From Alphaproteobacteria bacterium (GTDB lineage Bacteria; Pseudomonadota; Alphaproteobacteria; Rickettsiales; SXRF01), in contig JBKDKX010000016.1 in NCBI GenBank assembly GCA_046344715.1, positions 4,194-68,193 on the forward strand: a DNA stretch of 64,000 bases, in the 5' to 3' direction. A program made the position numbers and the translations under genes. The notes beneath the pieces were generated by a model, which was given only the letters and a program-made list of their open reading frames with translations, was not told the origin of the DNA and did not search any database. Each line of letters begins with the position of its first letter. Position 1 is the stretch's first letter. Positions 29,939-41,386 of this stretch are shown piece after piece.

Positions 29939-31328
29939 CAATTGCCTCCCCGCTGTTGATGGTTGTTTTGCCTGAAACGCTCGTTCCCAATGCTTTATTC
30001 AGGCGCACATAGGCAATCGCAGCGGCGGTTTTGCGGTCGATATAAAGCAAGGTGGCTTGGTTCAGTTCGCTCTGAGCCGTGGTCACATCTGTCATGTCAG
30101 TCAGACCGCGCTTGAACCGCTCCGATGCAAGGATTACAGTATCTTTTCGGTGATCGAGCGCGCGTTTCTGTTCATCCGCTGCGCTGATACCATTTAAGTA
30201 ATCCGAAAGGGCGGATTTTGTTTCCTGCAATGCAGTGAGGCTGGCATTCTGATACGATAATGAAGCTGCATTCGCTCGTGCATCCGATGTGTCAATGGCT
30301 CCTTGTAACCTGCCAAAGTTCAGTAAGGGCGCGGTGACGCCAGATGCCAGCGACCAGATGGGATTGCTTGCTATCGGCACATTGCCAGAGCCATCTTGAA
30401 CGCCGAAGAAGCTGCGAATGCTGATGCGCGGCCATAGATCAGCCTCTGCTTTAGCTAAATCGGCTTGCGTGGCTAAAAGATCGGCACGGCTGGCACGAAT
30501 ATCAGGACGTGAGCGAACGCTATCTAGCGATATACTAAGCGCGGTATTTGCTTCTGGAATGACGAGTTCACCTTTTGTGCTTTTAAGGCTATCAGCGAGT
30601 GTGCCAGATTCTTTGCCAAGTAAACGCTCGATTTTATATTGTGCGGTATCAAGTGCAGCTTGCGCGATAGGCAGTCGTGTAGCCGTTTGGGATCGTTCCG
30701 CCTCAGCGCGGCTGAGGAATGTTGCATCAATCAACCCCGCTTTGGCACGTGCGGCAATCAGCGCAACCTGTTCATCCTGAATTGCTAATAAATCATTGGT
30801 TTTCGCAACAGTCTGTTCAGCTTGTCTCCATTCAATCACACTACGCATCAGTTCAGCGATAACGGAATTCGTTACATCCTCTGCGCTTGCAATGCGTGAT
30901 TCAACTCTGCGCTCCGCGCCATCCACTAAGGCCTGCGTCTGTCCAAATACATCGATTTCCCACGTTGCATCAAACCCGCCTTGAGCGATGGATAGTGGCT
31001 TATCAAAGCCAATTTGCCTGTTTCCGCGTGATGCGCTGGCCGATCCTGAGATGTCAGGGAAGAAACCAGAATTTGCCATGCGTGCAACGCCTCGCGCCTC
31101 TGCAATGCGCGTTTGTGCGATTTGAATATCAAGATTCTGCGCTAGTAAATCCTGAACCAGATTATCCATCAGCGGATCATTAAACGATTGCCACCATCGG
31201 TTTTGCTCTGTGATCTGCAATGCCTCAATCACGGGCTTTTCTGATACAGGGTACATCGCCTGTATTTGGGCGCAGGAACAAAGGACAAATGCAGTGCTAC
31301 AGCACAGTAAAAAGCGAACCGGCGTCAT
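29928..31328 (-). CDS. Outer-membrane efflux lipoprotein (NodT/TolC family)
   Basis: Lipobox LCSC and two OEP-type repeats; 466 aa. Confidence 0.85.
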   Translation of the reverse strand: MTPVRFLLCCSTAFVLCSCAQIQAMYPVSEKPVIEALQITEQNRWWQSFNDPLMDNLVQDLLAQNLDIQIAQTRIAEARGVARMANSGFFPDISGSASASRGNRQIGFDKPLSIAQGGFDATWEIDVFGQTQALVDGAERRVESRIASAEDVTNSVIAELMRSVIEWRQAEQTVAKTNDLLAIQDEQVALIAARAKAGLIDATFLSRAEAERSQTATRLPIAQAALDTAQYKIERLLGKESGTLADSLKSTKGELVIPEANTALSISLDSVRSRPDIRASRADLLATQADLAKAEADLWPRISIRSFFGVQDGSGNVPIASNPIWSLASGVTAPLLNFGRLQGAIDTSDARANAASLSYQNASLTALQETKSALSDYLNGISAADEQKRALDHRKDTVILASERFKRGLTDMTDVTTAQSELNQATLLYIDRKTAAAIAYVRLNKALGTSVSGKTTINSGEAIDAE

Positions 31329-32239
31329 TTGGCCTCCGTTTTTTGACTGTCGATAAACACATCCATCTGCCCACCCACGAAAATGGCTGGGGTGTTTTCA
31401 GGCAGAGCATAAATCACCTGCAACACACGCGTATCAACACGCTGACCTGCAACAGCAAGGTTCTGCTTTGGTTTTACATAAGGCTCAAACCGCACAAAGC
31501 TGAGTGGCACAGCATTGCCAGTATCGCCTCTGCGTAATCCTTGCGCCTGACTTTCGGGGCGAATATGCGCGGCGTTTTCCTCATCAATTTCTACACGTAC
31601 ATGCAACGTGCTGACGTCCCCCATCCGCATGAGTGGCTGGGGGGGTGAGCCAGCGCTGGCGAACTCTCCGGGGCGTACATTGACTTCAAGCACTTGCCCA
31701 TCAATCGGCGCTTTTACCACAAGTCGTTCTTTTGTGATTTTTGCCTGATTTAATTGCGCTTTGATTTCTTCAATACGAACAACTGCCAACTCTTTACCGA
31801 ATTTGCGACGATTAAAATCGTCTTTAGCGACTGCTCGCTTATCTTGCATTCCACTCACAATCGCAAACTGTGCGCTGGCATCTGCCGCTTGCACTTTTGC
31901 GGCATCTAAGCTGCGTTCCAACGTTGCAATCTGTGCATCAATGTCGCGCTGATCGAGTGCAAAAAGCACCGTGCCTTTCTTTACGCTATCACCAACTTTG
32001 ACCGGCACATCACGCACCACACCGGCCAGCTCCACACCAATCGAAATCAGCTCACTTTTCGGCTCAACAACGCCAATCCCTGAAGTTGATTCTGCATAAT
32101 CGGCTTTGGGCGGCGCAATGGGCGGCACTTTCACCTCTGGTTTTGCACCGCCAAACACGGTGATAAGTGCAAAAGCAATTCCCGCAAGCGCGACGTAGGG
32201 AAGTTTCCAACGCAGAAATAATGACTTTGTTTTTTTCAT
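31325..32239 (-). CDS. HlyD/MacA-family periplasmic adaptor
   Basis: N-terminal anchor, coiled-coil hairpin and beta-barrel pattern. Overlaps both neighbouring genes. Confidence 0.85.
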   Translation of the reverse strand: MKKTKSLFLRWKLPYVALAGIAFALITVFGGAKPEVKVPPIAPPKADYAESTSGIGVVEPKSELISIGVELAGVVRDVPVKVGDSVKKGTVLFALDQRDIDAQIATLERSLDAAKVQAADASAQFAIVSGMQDKRAVAKDDFNRRKFGKELAVVRIEEIKAQLNQAKITKERLVVKAPIDGQVLEVNVRPGEFASAGSPPQPLMRMGDVSTLHVRVEIDEENAAHIRPESQAQGLRRGDTGNAVPLSFVRFEPYVKPKQNLAVAGQRVDTRVLQVIYALPENTPAIFVGGQMDVFIDSQKTEAK

Positions 32240-32949
32240 AGCTTCTCCTTTTGGATGAATTCAGCGGCGGCAAAATCACCGACAATGCGTCCATCGTTCA
32301 TTTCTAAAATGCGGTCAGCGAAGTGATAAATGCGGTTATCGTGAGTAACGATCAGCACCGCCCGATTTTTATCATTGGCAATTTCGCGCAGAATCTGCAT
32401 CACGGCTTGGCCTGTTTTCCCATCCAGTGCAGCAGTCGGTTCATCGCACACAATCAGTTTGGGGTTATGAACCAGCGCCCGTGCAATCGCCACACGCTGC
32501 TGCTGCCCCCCCGATAATTGGCGTGGTAGTTTTTCGGTTTGGCCTTCCATACCAATCTGCTCTAGCAACTGCCTTGCCTGATCTGCTGCTTGTGCGTCTG
32601 GCATTCCAGCAGCAATCAACGGCATAGCGGCATTTTCCGCAGCGGTAAGTGCTGGCAGCAAATTATATTGCTGAAAAATAAACCCGATAGAGTGGCGACG
32701 AAACAATACTTTCTCGCGGTCACTCATCTGACTCAGGCGATTTCCAAGAATATCAATCTCGCCATCCGTTGCTGATAGAATGCCAGAAATGATTGAAATC
32801 AGCGTGGTTTTTCCGCAGCCCGATGGTCCCACCAGCATGGTAAGTTCACCCATGCGAAGCTCAGCGTTGATGTCGTGCAAAACGCGTAAACGTTCAGCAT
32901 CAACTGGAAAATCTTTAACTACATTGGTAATGGTGGCGGCAATTTGCAT
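32236..32949 (-). CDS. ABC transporter ATP-binding protein (MacB/LolD/DevA type)
   Basis: [24 protein letters not shown] and IVCDEPT motifs. Confidence 0.9.
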   Translation of the reverse strand: MQIAATITNVVKDFPVDAERLRVLHDINAELRMGELTMLVGPSGCGKTTLISIISGILSATDGEIDILGNRLSQMSDREKVLFRRHSIGFIFQQYNLLPALTAAENAAMPLIAAGMPDAQAADQARQLLEQIGMEGQTEKLPRQLSGGQQQRVAIARALVHNPKLIVCDEPTAALDGKTGQAVMQILREIANDKNRAVLIVTHDNRIYHFADRILEMNDGRIVGDFAAAEFIQKEKL

Positions 32950-32951
32950 GG

Positions 32952-34091
32952 CTACCCCCGAAACACAATGGCTGGATCAAGGCGGAATACCTTGCGAAGG
33001 CTGAATAGAATCGATAAAATAATGATGATGGTAATCGCCACAAAGCTACCCAGCATCACCTGCCAATAGAGGTAAAACCCTTTTAGGGCTGGAGCGTCAT
33101 TTGTCAGTTCAAAAAAGGCGGCAGTGCTGCCAATTCCGATGCCGTAGCCAATAAGTCCGACAATCGATGCTTGGATTAACACCAGCTTGAGCAACTGGCT
33201 ATTGGTCACACCAACCGCTTTCATCGCCGCGAATTGTTTAAGATTCTCCACCACAAAAATATAGAAGGTTTGCGCGGTGATAGCGGCACCCACAAGCGCA
33301 CCAAGTATCACCGTAATCCCGAAATTGATGGGAATACCTGTGCGCTCCAAAATGTAATTGATGCTGCGCCATGCAAATTCATTATTCGTCAGTGCTTGCA
33401 AACCCGTTTGATCGGTGATGCGCTTTTTTAGCTCTTCAATGTTTTCTCCCTGTTTCGCCTTCACCAAAATGAAAGGCAGCTTATTGCGCTGTGGCGGGGT
33501 GATCTCAATCGCCGTATTGTATGAAACATACATGATGGGGAAGGTGAAAAATGTCGGCTTGGTTTCGCATATTGCATTCACCACCAAGCGATTATCATTG
33601 AGCTCGATGTGCCTTCCCAGTTCGACTTTCTTGCCCGGCCATGTGAAATAATAGCCATTCACATCCATCATGGCGGTTTGTGGTTTCCGGATAACAGCTG
33701 GGTCACCCATCATTTTGTCCGGGCAGATTCCCACTAAGCTCACATCATCCACGCCAATAAGCTGCACCTGCTGCGTCAACCCGTCCTGCATGCGGATGGT
33801 GGAAATACCTTTATAGAACGGCACAGCCCACTCAATGCCTTTTACCGAACGCACATTGGAAAGCTCGATATCGCGCATAGGTTCTACTTCCTCAATGTAG
33901 CGCACGCGACTATCCATCACCCAAATATCTGGCTCAGTAACTGCGTATATCGCCCCAGCGGTACGTGCCATCAGGCCGATGAAAATCGATACTTGCTGCG
34001 CCATGAGCATGGTCGCAAACGTCACGCCAAAGACCAGCCCGATATACTTGGCACGATCCCCTAGAAGCATTTTGATGGCGATGTTTCTCAT
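32952..34091 (-). CDS. ABC transporter permease, FtsX/DevC-like
   Basis: An N-terminal TM, a large periplasmic domain and three C-terminal TMs. Confidence 0.8.
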   Translation of the reverse strand: MRNIAIKMLLGDRAKYIGLVFGVTFATMLMAQQVSIFIGLMARTAGAIYAVTEPDIWVMDSRVRYIEEVEPMRDIELSNVRSVKGIEWAVPFYKGISTIRMQDGLTQQVQLIGVDDVSLVGICPDKMMGDPAVIRKPQTAMMDVNGYYFTWPGKKVELGRHIELNDNRLVVNAICETKPTFFTFPIMYVSYNTAIEITPPQRNKLPFILVKAKQGENIEELKKRITDQTGLQALTNNEFAWRSINYILERTGIPINFGITVILGALVGAAITAQTFYIFVVENLKQFAAMKAVGVTNSQLLKLVLIQASIVGLIGYGIGIGSTAAFFELTNDAPALKGFYLYWQVMLGSFVAITIIIILSILFSLRKVFRLDPAIVFRG

Positions 34092-34163
34092 AAGTCTTGA
34101 TATTAATTGTACGATATGGTACTAATAATATAGCTATTTATAAAACGGTCAAGTACTATATTT

Positions 34164-34811
34164 ATGGGTCAAATGACAACAGCACAAAAACGTGGGCGCG
34201 GAAGGCCAGTGAATGAGGCCAGACGTGAGGAAATTATTGCGACAGCGGGAAGGCTATTTGGTGAGCTGGGGCTGCACGCCACCACGATGGAACACATCGC
34301 CAAGGAATTAAAAATCTCAAAGATTACGCTCTATTCGCGCTTTGCCGATAAGGATGAACTGTTCACCGCAGTCATTCAGGCAAAATGTCAGCAACACATT
34401 CCCGACCAGTTTTTTGGTGATGTTGACAAACATCCTATGGAGGAATCCCTCTATCGTGTCGCATACGGCCTGATGGAGCTGCTTACCAGTGATGGTGCGA
34501 TGGATATGGAGCGCATGCTGACGGGCGCGGATGCTAGGGTGAGATCAAAGCTCACCACGCTTTTTTATGAAGCGGGTCCACAGCGTATAAAGCGCATGGC
34601 AGCCGCTCATCTTGAAAAACTTCATGCTGAGAAAAAGCTAAATGTCCCGAATCCAAAATTCTCGGCCAATCTGTTCGCAGCGATGATCAAAGGGTCGGAC
34701 ATTTGTATGCGTGCGCACATGCAGATTCCGCCTAAGACAACCAAAAAAGAAATGCAAACCTACTGCCGCGATGCGGTGGGGATGTTCATCAACGCACACC
34801 AAATTCAATAA
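34164..34811 (+). CDS. TetR-family transcriptional regulator
   Basis: HTH TMEHIAKELKISKITLYSRF. Divergent from the efflux operon. Confidence 0.85.
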   Translation: MGQMTTAQKRGRGRPVNEARREEIIATAGRLFGELGLHATTMEHIAKELKISKITLYSRFADKDELFTAVIQAKCQQHIPDQFFGDVDKHPMEESLYRVAYGLMELLTSDGAMDMERMLTGADARVRSKLTTLFYEAGPQRIKRMAAAHLEKLHAEKKLNVPNPKFSANLFAAMIKGSDICMRAHMQIPPKTTKKEMQTYCRDAVGMFINAHQIQ

Positions 34812-34934
34812 ACGAATAAACAAGGAATTATCGAGCGATAACTGAAGACAAAATAACTGTGTCCAACAATACAACCCAGCGGTGTTTTATAATGAAATGA
34901 TAACTGCTTATAATTGAATAAAGGCAGGTAAAGT

Positions 34935-35663
34935 ATGGTTTTTCATGATAAAACATACGACCGATTACACAATCTTTGGAGAAGATGGAGAATCTCTCAG
35001 GAGGATGTTTACTACGCCGTGGAAAACGATTTGCTTAAAGTCGTTGTCTGGATGCCGCTGCGCTTGATGGAGCGCGGCACTATCAGAAAAGAAAAGTTTA
35101 TCTATGAACAGCACGAACCCAAAGAAGGATTTATCGGAGTTAGGCCTGTGGATTTCAGACGGCTATGCAGCACAGGCAGAGCAAAGCTGCGCATATTTCG
35201 ATCTATTGATGATGAAGCGCATATTTTGAGGCTGGCTTATGAACCGCCACAACCTGCAATCATGGTGCGGATAAGTGATCTCGTTGTGTTGCAGAAAGAT
35301 AGGGTGAAGTTTGAAGCAAAGTACGATTTGCCAAAGAATATGGCTGCACCTTCAAAACAAAAATTGACCGCCAATGGCTTTCGTTTTTCAAACGATTATC
35401 GCCATGTTCTATTGAATGGGCATGAATATCACCTTGGTGATGTCCAAGCCAGAATCGTGGAGTTGCTTCATGATGCAGCAAGCAGTCGTCATCCGTGGGT
35501 ACATGGTAAAACGCTGATTTATGAATCAGGGTCACAGGCGCTTCGGATGCGCGACATATTCAAGCACAAGCGGGACTGGCGCAACCTCATTACCTCGAAT
35601 GATCGCGGCTATTACCGGCTGAATATACCCATTGAGGAAGAAATCTTAGAACCCGCTGATTAG
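34935..35663 (+). CDS. Hypothetical protein
   Basis: ORF only. Confidence 0.35.
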   Translation: MVFHDKTYDRLHNLWRRWRISQEDVYYAVENDLLKVVVWMPLRLMERGTIRKEKFIYEQHEPKEGFIGVRPVDFRRLCSTGRAKLRIFRSIDDEAHILRLAYEPPQPAIMVRISDLVVLQKDRVKFEAKYDLPKNMAAPSKQKLTANGFRFSNDYRHVLLNGHEYHLGDVQARIVELLHDAASSRHPWVHGKTLIYESGSQALRMRDIFKHKRDWRNLITSNDRGYYRLNIPIEEEILEPAD

Positions 35664-36007
35664 TGAACGCGGCGCAGAAAACAAAGCAAGGCTTCTCTGC
35701 CTTCCTTGTCGAGTTTCTTGAATTGCTTCAGCAGCTCGAATTCATTCTCTTTTATTTCTGGTATCAGCTCGGATTTCTGCTCAGGTACAAAATAGGAGAT
35801 GGGCAAATCCAAAATCTTGGCGATTTTTAGCAAGAGTTCCACCGAGATGCGGTTAATTGCTTGCTCATATTTTTGTAGCTGTTGGAAAGTGATCGGCTCT
35901 TTGATTTTCTGGCTGAGTTCTTTTTGCGTGAGGCCACGCAGCATGCGGCCTTTACGGATTTGATTGCCGATGTAAACGCTTGTAGGATTTTTGCCTTTAT
36001 CAATCAC
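35660..36007 (-). CDS. XRE-family HTH regulator of the island
   Basis: LRGLTQKELSQKIKEPITFQQLQKYEQAINRIS. The likely start is a GTG at 36007 with a GAGG RBS; the ORF track extends to a TTG at 36073. Confidence 0.7.
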   Translation of the reverse strand: MIDKGKNPTSVYIGNQIRKGRMLRGLTQKELSQKIKEPITFQQLQKYEQAINRISVELLLKIAKILDLPISYFVPEQKSELIPEIKENEFELLKQFKKLDKEGREALLCFLRRVH

Positions 36008-36251
36008 ATTACCTCGCTCAATCCATGACGAGGTTTTTGACACCCGAAGGTGCCAGGAGGTTAGTAAGCCCAAAACCGGCTGCGACCTATTTCCACGAGG
36101 GTATTATATTCAGCCGCCCTCCCGACATAAGTCGAGGAGGGACGTTTCGTGAATACGAGTCCTTCAGCGCATGTTTTGAGGGTTACTACACCCCGTCACA
36201 GCACGGTGAACATAGAGCATACGCTCAAAACATCAACTCATTGATTGCCTT

Positions 36252-36364
36252 CCCCCTTTCAGCCCCACCCAAGGTCACCCCAGCGCCCCACCCAAGGTTG
36301 TTGACGCGGGAAATTTGCTATTTTCATGGCCACATACAACCCCCTTTGCGCCCCACCCAAGGTC
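36252..36364. promoter_or_regulatory. Iteron/operator-like direct repeats, 3 x CCCCACCCAAGGT
   Basis: Copies lie at 36263-36275, 36286-36298 and 36351-36363. The first and third extend to a ~25-bp repeat, CCCCCTTTnnGCCCCACCCAAGGTC. Confidence 0.5.
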
Positions 36365-36455
36365 TATCCAAGCCCCACGCCAGCCCCCCATATCGTCGTG
36401 CAGCCTTTGTCCGAACAGTTCGAGCAACGAACCGTTTTAACCAACGGAGGCACAC

Positions 36456-36695
36456 ATGAATGACAATACAAAACCTATCTCAACTTTTGATGAAATATGC
36501 CGTCTGACCATCGACACGATGCGGAAGATGGAACTGGAAACCTTGCTCCAGTTGAAGAAGCAAGCAGCCGTGGAATTAGACCGTGCCAAGCTCACCAAGG
36601 GCTGCATCGAATTGGCGCTTTCCCTGAAGCAGGAAGATCAGGAACGCATCCCTGAACAGGCCGATGACGGGCAACAGAGCCTGCTCGATGAATAG
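36456..36695 (+). CDS. Small hypothetical protein (island module)
   Basis: ORF with a GGAGG RBS, followed closely by the next gene. Confidence 0.35.
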   Translation: MNDNTKPISTFDEICRLTIDTMRKMELETLLQLKKQAAVELDRAKLTKGCIELALSLKQEDQERIPEQADDGQQSLLDE

Positions 36696-36703
36696 TTCAG
36701 ATC

Positions 36704-37825
36704 ATGGCAATGGAATGGTTCAGGATGTATCACGGTATGCCACACGACCCTAAACTCAAGGTTATCGCGCATCGTGCCAAACAACCGATGGCTTACGTCG
36801 TGGCGGTCTGGACGTGTTTGCTCGATGCGGCATCCCAGCACACGTCACGCGGCACGGTGGAAGTGGATGCTGAGCAAATCGCCATTATGCAGGACATGGA
36901 AACCGAGGCGGTGGAGGCGATCATCGCCGCCATGTACACCAAGGGAATGCTCAATGAGCAAAACCGGCTTACTGCGTGGGATAAGCGCCAGCACACCACT
37001 TCCACCGAGCGGATGCAAAAGCATCGTGACACGAAGAAACGCGATGTGACAGGAAGTGACGCGGTGAAACGCACCGTGACACGCGGTGACGCAAAAACAG
37101 CAAAAAAGACACCAGATACAGATAGCAGATTACAGACTTCAGACTCAGATGCAGAAACTCAGAAAAAACAGATTTCAGATAAAAAACTTAGAGCGAGAGC
37201 AGAGGGAGAGCGCGAGAGGGAGAAAACAAAACCCCTGTCAGACGACATCACAGAGCAGATGCTGCAAATTTGGAATGCAGAAGTTCAGAGCAAACTGACC
37301 AAAGGGCAGAACGCAAGAATTACACCCAAACGCAGACAGCAAATGCTGGAGCGGTGGCAGCAGGACTTCCAGCAGGACATTCGGGCATGGCGCTATTTCT
37401 GTGAGGTTATCGGCAATAGCGATTTCTGCCTTGGCAAAGTGACAGGCAAGGATTGGACGATTGACCTTGGCTGGGCGGTGGAATCATCCGACCATGTGGC
37501 AAAGATTCTGGAAGGCGGCTTCTCAGGTCGCAGCCATCCACCGAAACCACCGGCCTGCGACGTGCCGGGTTTGCAGCAAGCGTGGGATGCGGTGCTGGAT
37601 GCCTTCCAGCAAAAGCATGGCAAAGCGGTATGCCGCAGCTGGCTTGCCAATACCGTCATCACCGATTTGCGTGGCAACACCGTCATCATCCGCTGCCCCA
37701 GTGCTTTTGCCTGCCAGTGGATTAACCAGCACTACATGCCTGACCTGACCCGCTGGTGGCGCACCGCGACCGAAGGCGGCGCAGCCGTATCCGCCGTGCA
37801 ACTTATCACGGAGGGCAAGTCATGA
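36704..37825 (+). CDS. Replication-initiation-like protein (phage/plasmid type, with a C-terminal DnaA domain-I-like segment)
   Basis: The N-terminal WFRMYHG..DPKL region resembles phage Rep-associated domains. The C-terminal WLANTVITDLRGNTVIIRCPSAFACQWINQHY resembles the DnaA N-domain. This is a weak, memory-based assignment. Confidence 0.45.
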   Translation: MAMEWFRMYHGMPHDPKLKVIAHRAKQPMAYVVAVWTCLLDAASQHTSRGTVEVDAEQIAIMQDMETEAVEAIIAAMYTKGMLNEQNRLTAWDKRQHTTSTERMQKHRDTKKRDVTGSDAVKRTVTRGDAKTAKKTPDTDSRLQTSDSDAETQKKQISDKKLRARAEGEREREKTKPLSDDITEQMLQIWNAEVQSKLTKGQNARITPKRRQQMLERWQQDFQQDIRAWRYFCEVIGNSDFCLGKVTGKDWTIDLGWAVESSDHVAKILEGGFSGRSHPPKPPACDVPGLQQAWDAVLDAFQQKHGKAVCRSWLANTVITDLRGNTVIIRCPSAFACQWINQHYMPDLTRWWRTATEGGAAVSAVQLITEGKS

Positions 37826-38229
37826 GAAAACCTGTTCCGGAAAAATGGACTGTTACCGATGTTGCCGACCGGTTCGAGGAAGCAGCCTATACGCTGAAAC
37901 GCCTGCCGCCCGTGAAGGTGCAAGGATTCTTCAGCACATGGCCAGCTATCGTGCGAACGGTGGCGGAGCAGCTGGCGGAAGATCGGCTACCCATGCGCCT
38001 CGGACCACCGTCGGCAGAAGCCGTGGCGCGGATGGAAGAAACCATCCAGTGGATTTTCTTCCTCGATGATGAAGCGGAGCGCCGCCTGATTTGGCTGCGT
38101 GCGGCGCGGGTTCCGTGGAAGCCTATCTGCTACCGCATCGGCTGTGGTCGCACCAAGGCATGGCAGATGTGGACGATTGCGCTTTTGAAGATCGCCATGC
38201 GCCTGAACGCCAAGCAGAGAGGGCGTTAG
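37822..38229 (+). CDS. Hypothetical island protein
   Basis: ATGA-coupled to the upstream gene. Confidence 0.4.
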   Translation: MRKPVPEKWTVTDVADRFEEAAYTLKRLPPVKVQGFFSTWPAIVRTVAEQLAEDRLPMRLGPPSAEAVARMEETIQWIFFLDDEAERRLIWLRAARVPWKPICYRIGCGRTKAWQMWTIALLKIAMRLNAKQRGR

Positions 38230-38406
38230 GATGTTCGAACAAAAAAACACTAAACACGGTGAACAGAATTTGGTATGTGTACACATATCATCGCGGGACG
38301 TGCGACCATCAGCACTCCACAGCACCCAAAGCCCATTTTTTCATCGTTTTGAATCAAACGCACCTGCATACGCGCAGACAGCGTTCGTGTGCGTTGGGGG
38401 CTGGCG

Positions 38407-38633
38407 ATGATTACCGACCTGACCCCCTACAGGAAGCATGTCGATCAGTTCGATTTAACGGAGGAGCAAAAGCTCGAACTGGTAAACGCTGTCTGGATGA
38501 TTGTTGATAGTGTTTTTGACTATCACTTGGGAATTAACCGGCTGGCGAGAAAGGAGAAAGAACCTCAAAAGAACATTGATTCGCAGGTGCAGGCTGTTAT
38601 CCTGCCGAAAGCCCCTCAAGATACTGTTTTATA

Positions 38634-38634
<1 letters not shown>
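38407..38634 (+). CDS. Small hypothetical protein upstream of the recombinase
   Basis: ORF only. Confidence 0.3.
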
Positions 38635-40234
<1,600 letters not shown>

Positions 40235-40326
40235 ACAGAAAATGGCCAATGATTAGTTGCCAGTGGCCAGTGTCAGGAAGGTAGGTTTTAACGCCTTTCT
40301 GGCAACTGTCAACTGCCAACTGGCGG

Positions 40327-40386
40327 GCTATTCATCCCCCATCTTGAGGGCGGCGAGGAAGGCGGATTGTGGGATATTGACGTTGC
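40327..40386. repeat. Duplicate of the lepA 3' end (direct repeat with 41386-41445)
   Basis: 58/60 identical to the last codons plus the stop of lepA. Weaker similarity continues for ~15 bp. Confidence 0.75.
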
Positions 40387-40418
40387 ACTTCGCGTATGTT
40401 TTTGGCAAAAAATCTAAA

Positions 40419-41324
40419 TTACACGATTCCGTTATTAGGCTTTTTTTCTCTTCCTCTTGCAACCGTATCGGTTGCGGCGGGAGCAGGCATTGCTGTTTCT
40501 TTGCCGCCTCGAAAGAGCGTTGCTCCGCTAATGCTGACTTTCAGCGGGCATAGAACCTCATTGATTCTGTTATAAGTAGCGTTTTCAATGTCTAAATCAC
40601 CTAACTCCTCAGCTCGAATGATAGATGCAGCGAGGAAAGCCGTTTCTGCATGGTTGGCAGTGAAGGTATAGATACGTTCTGTTGTATCTCCGATAGTAGA
40701 AACATCAAAATGGTAGAGGCTTCTATCTAGTAACTCTTTTGGCGGGTTGCTCAATACAAAACCATGGAAATGCGGGTGAGTTCCCTTTGCAACTGTTCCC
40801 ATGTGAACGAAATTAAAATCGTCTTCCGCATGGCCGGATATCTCTATCGATTTGTCCTCGGTCGCTCTGCTTACCATACGTGGGCAACGCAGTTCTTGAG
40901 AAGCAAGGATTGCAGAGATTTTTCGCTCTGTATCTTCGGATTCATCAGCGTTTCTATTAGCAAACTGCACATTGTGAGAGAGTTTTAGCTTGCTGAGCTT
41001 GCATTCTTCCAGCAAATCCGTCACAAATTGTGTGATTCTTTCTTCCCCGTGTTTTGTAATAAGCGCATTGAGAGCGGTTTCTGCTTTTTTTTGTAACGAG
41101 GGTAATTGTTGGGTACTGTAGGCTTGAATAGCTGCTACCGTATCGCCTGTTTCTGGTTTTTTATACAAGCCTTTGTTGGCATCGTCCTGCAGGATCCAGC
41201 GGGTACTTTTTTTATCGTAGGCTTTCTTGAAGCTATTGCCCATTTCCGGCATTTGCGGGGATAGGGCGCGCTCAAAGCGTTTTCTTAATATTTCAATAGG
41301 TTGTGAGGTATTGTTATCTTGCAT
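40419..41324 (-). CDS. Orphan hypothetical protein inside the lepA-duplication insert
   Basis: A 301-aa ORF with no recognised motif. Confidence 0.4.
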   Translation of the reverse strand: MQDNNTSQPIEILRKRFERALSPQMPEMGNSFKKAYDKKSTRWILQDDANKGLYKKPETGDTVAAIQAYSTQQLPSLQKKAETALNALITKHGEERITQFVTDLLEECKLSKLKLSHNVQFANRNADESEDTERKISAILASQELRCPRMVSRATEDKSIEISGHAEDDFNFVHMGTVAKGTHPHFHGFVLSNPPKELLDRSLYHFDVSTIGDTTERIYTFTANHAETAFLAASIIRAEELGDLDIENATYNRINEVLCPLKVSISGATLFRGGKETAMPAPAATDTVARGREKKPNNGIV

Positions 41325-41386
41325 GTATTAACCTTAGAGTGGTTAATTACTATAAACTATAATGATGCCCCCCGTCAACCTGATAG

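Noticed and set aside
36025-36459. A 144-aa plus-strand ORF between the XRE gene and the small island ORF
   Set aside because: It runs through the iteron-like repeats, which produces a repeated PHPR/APPK-type translation. It overlaps the XRE gene start antisense. It is more likely a control region.
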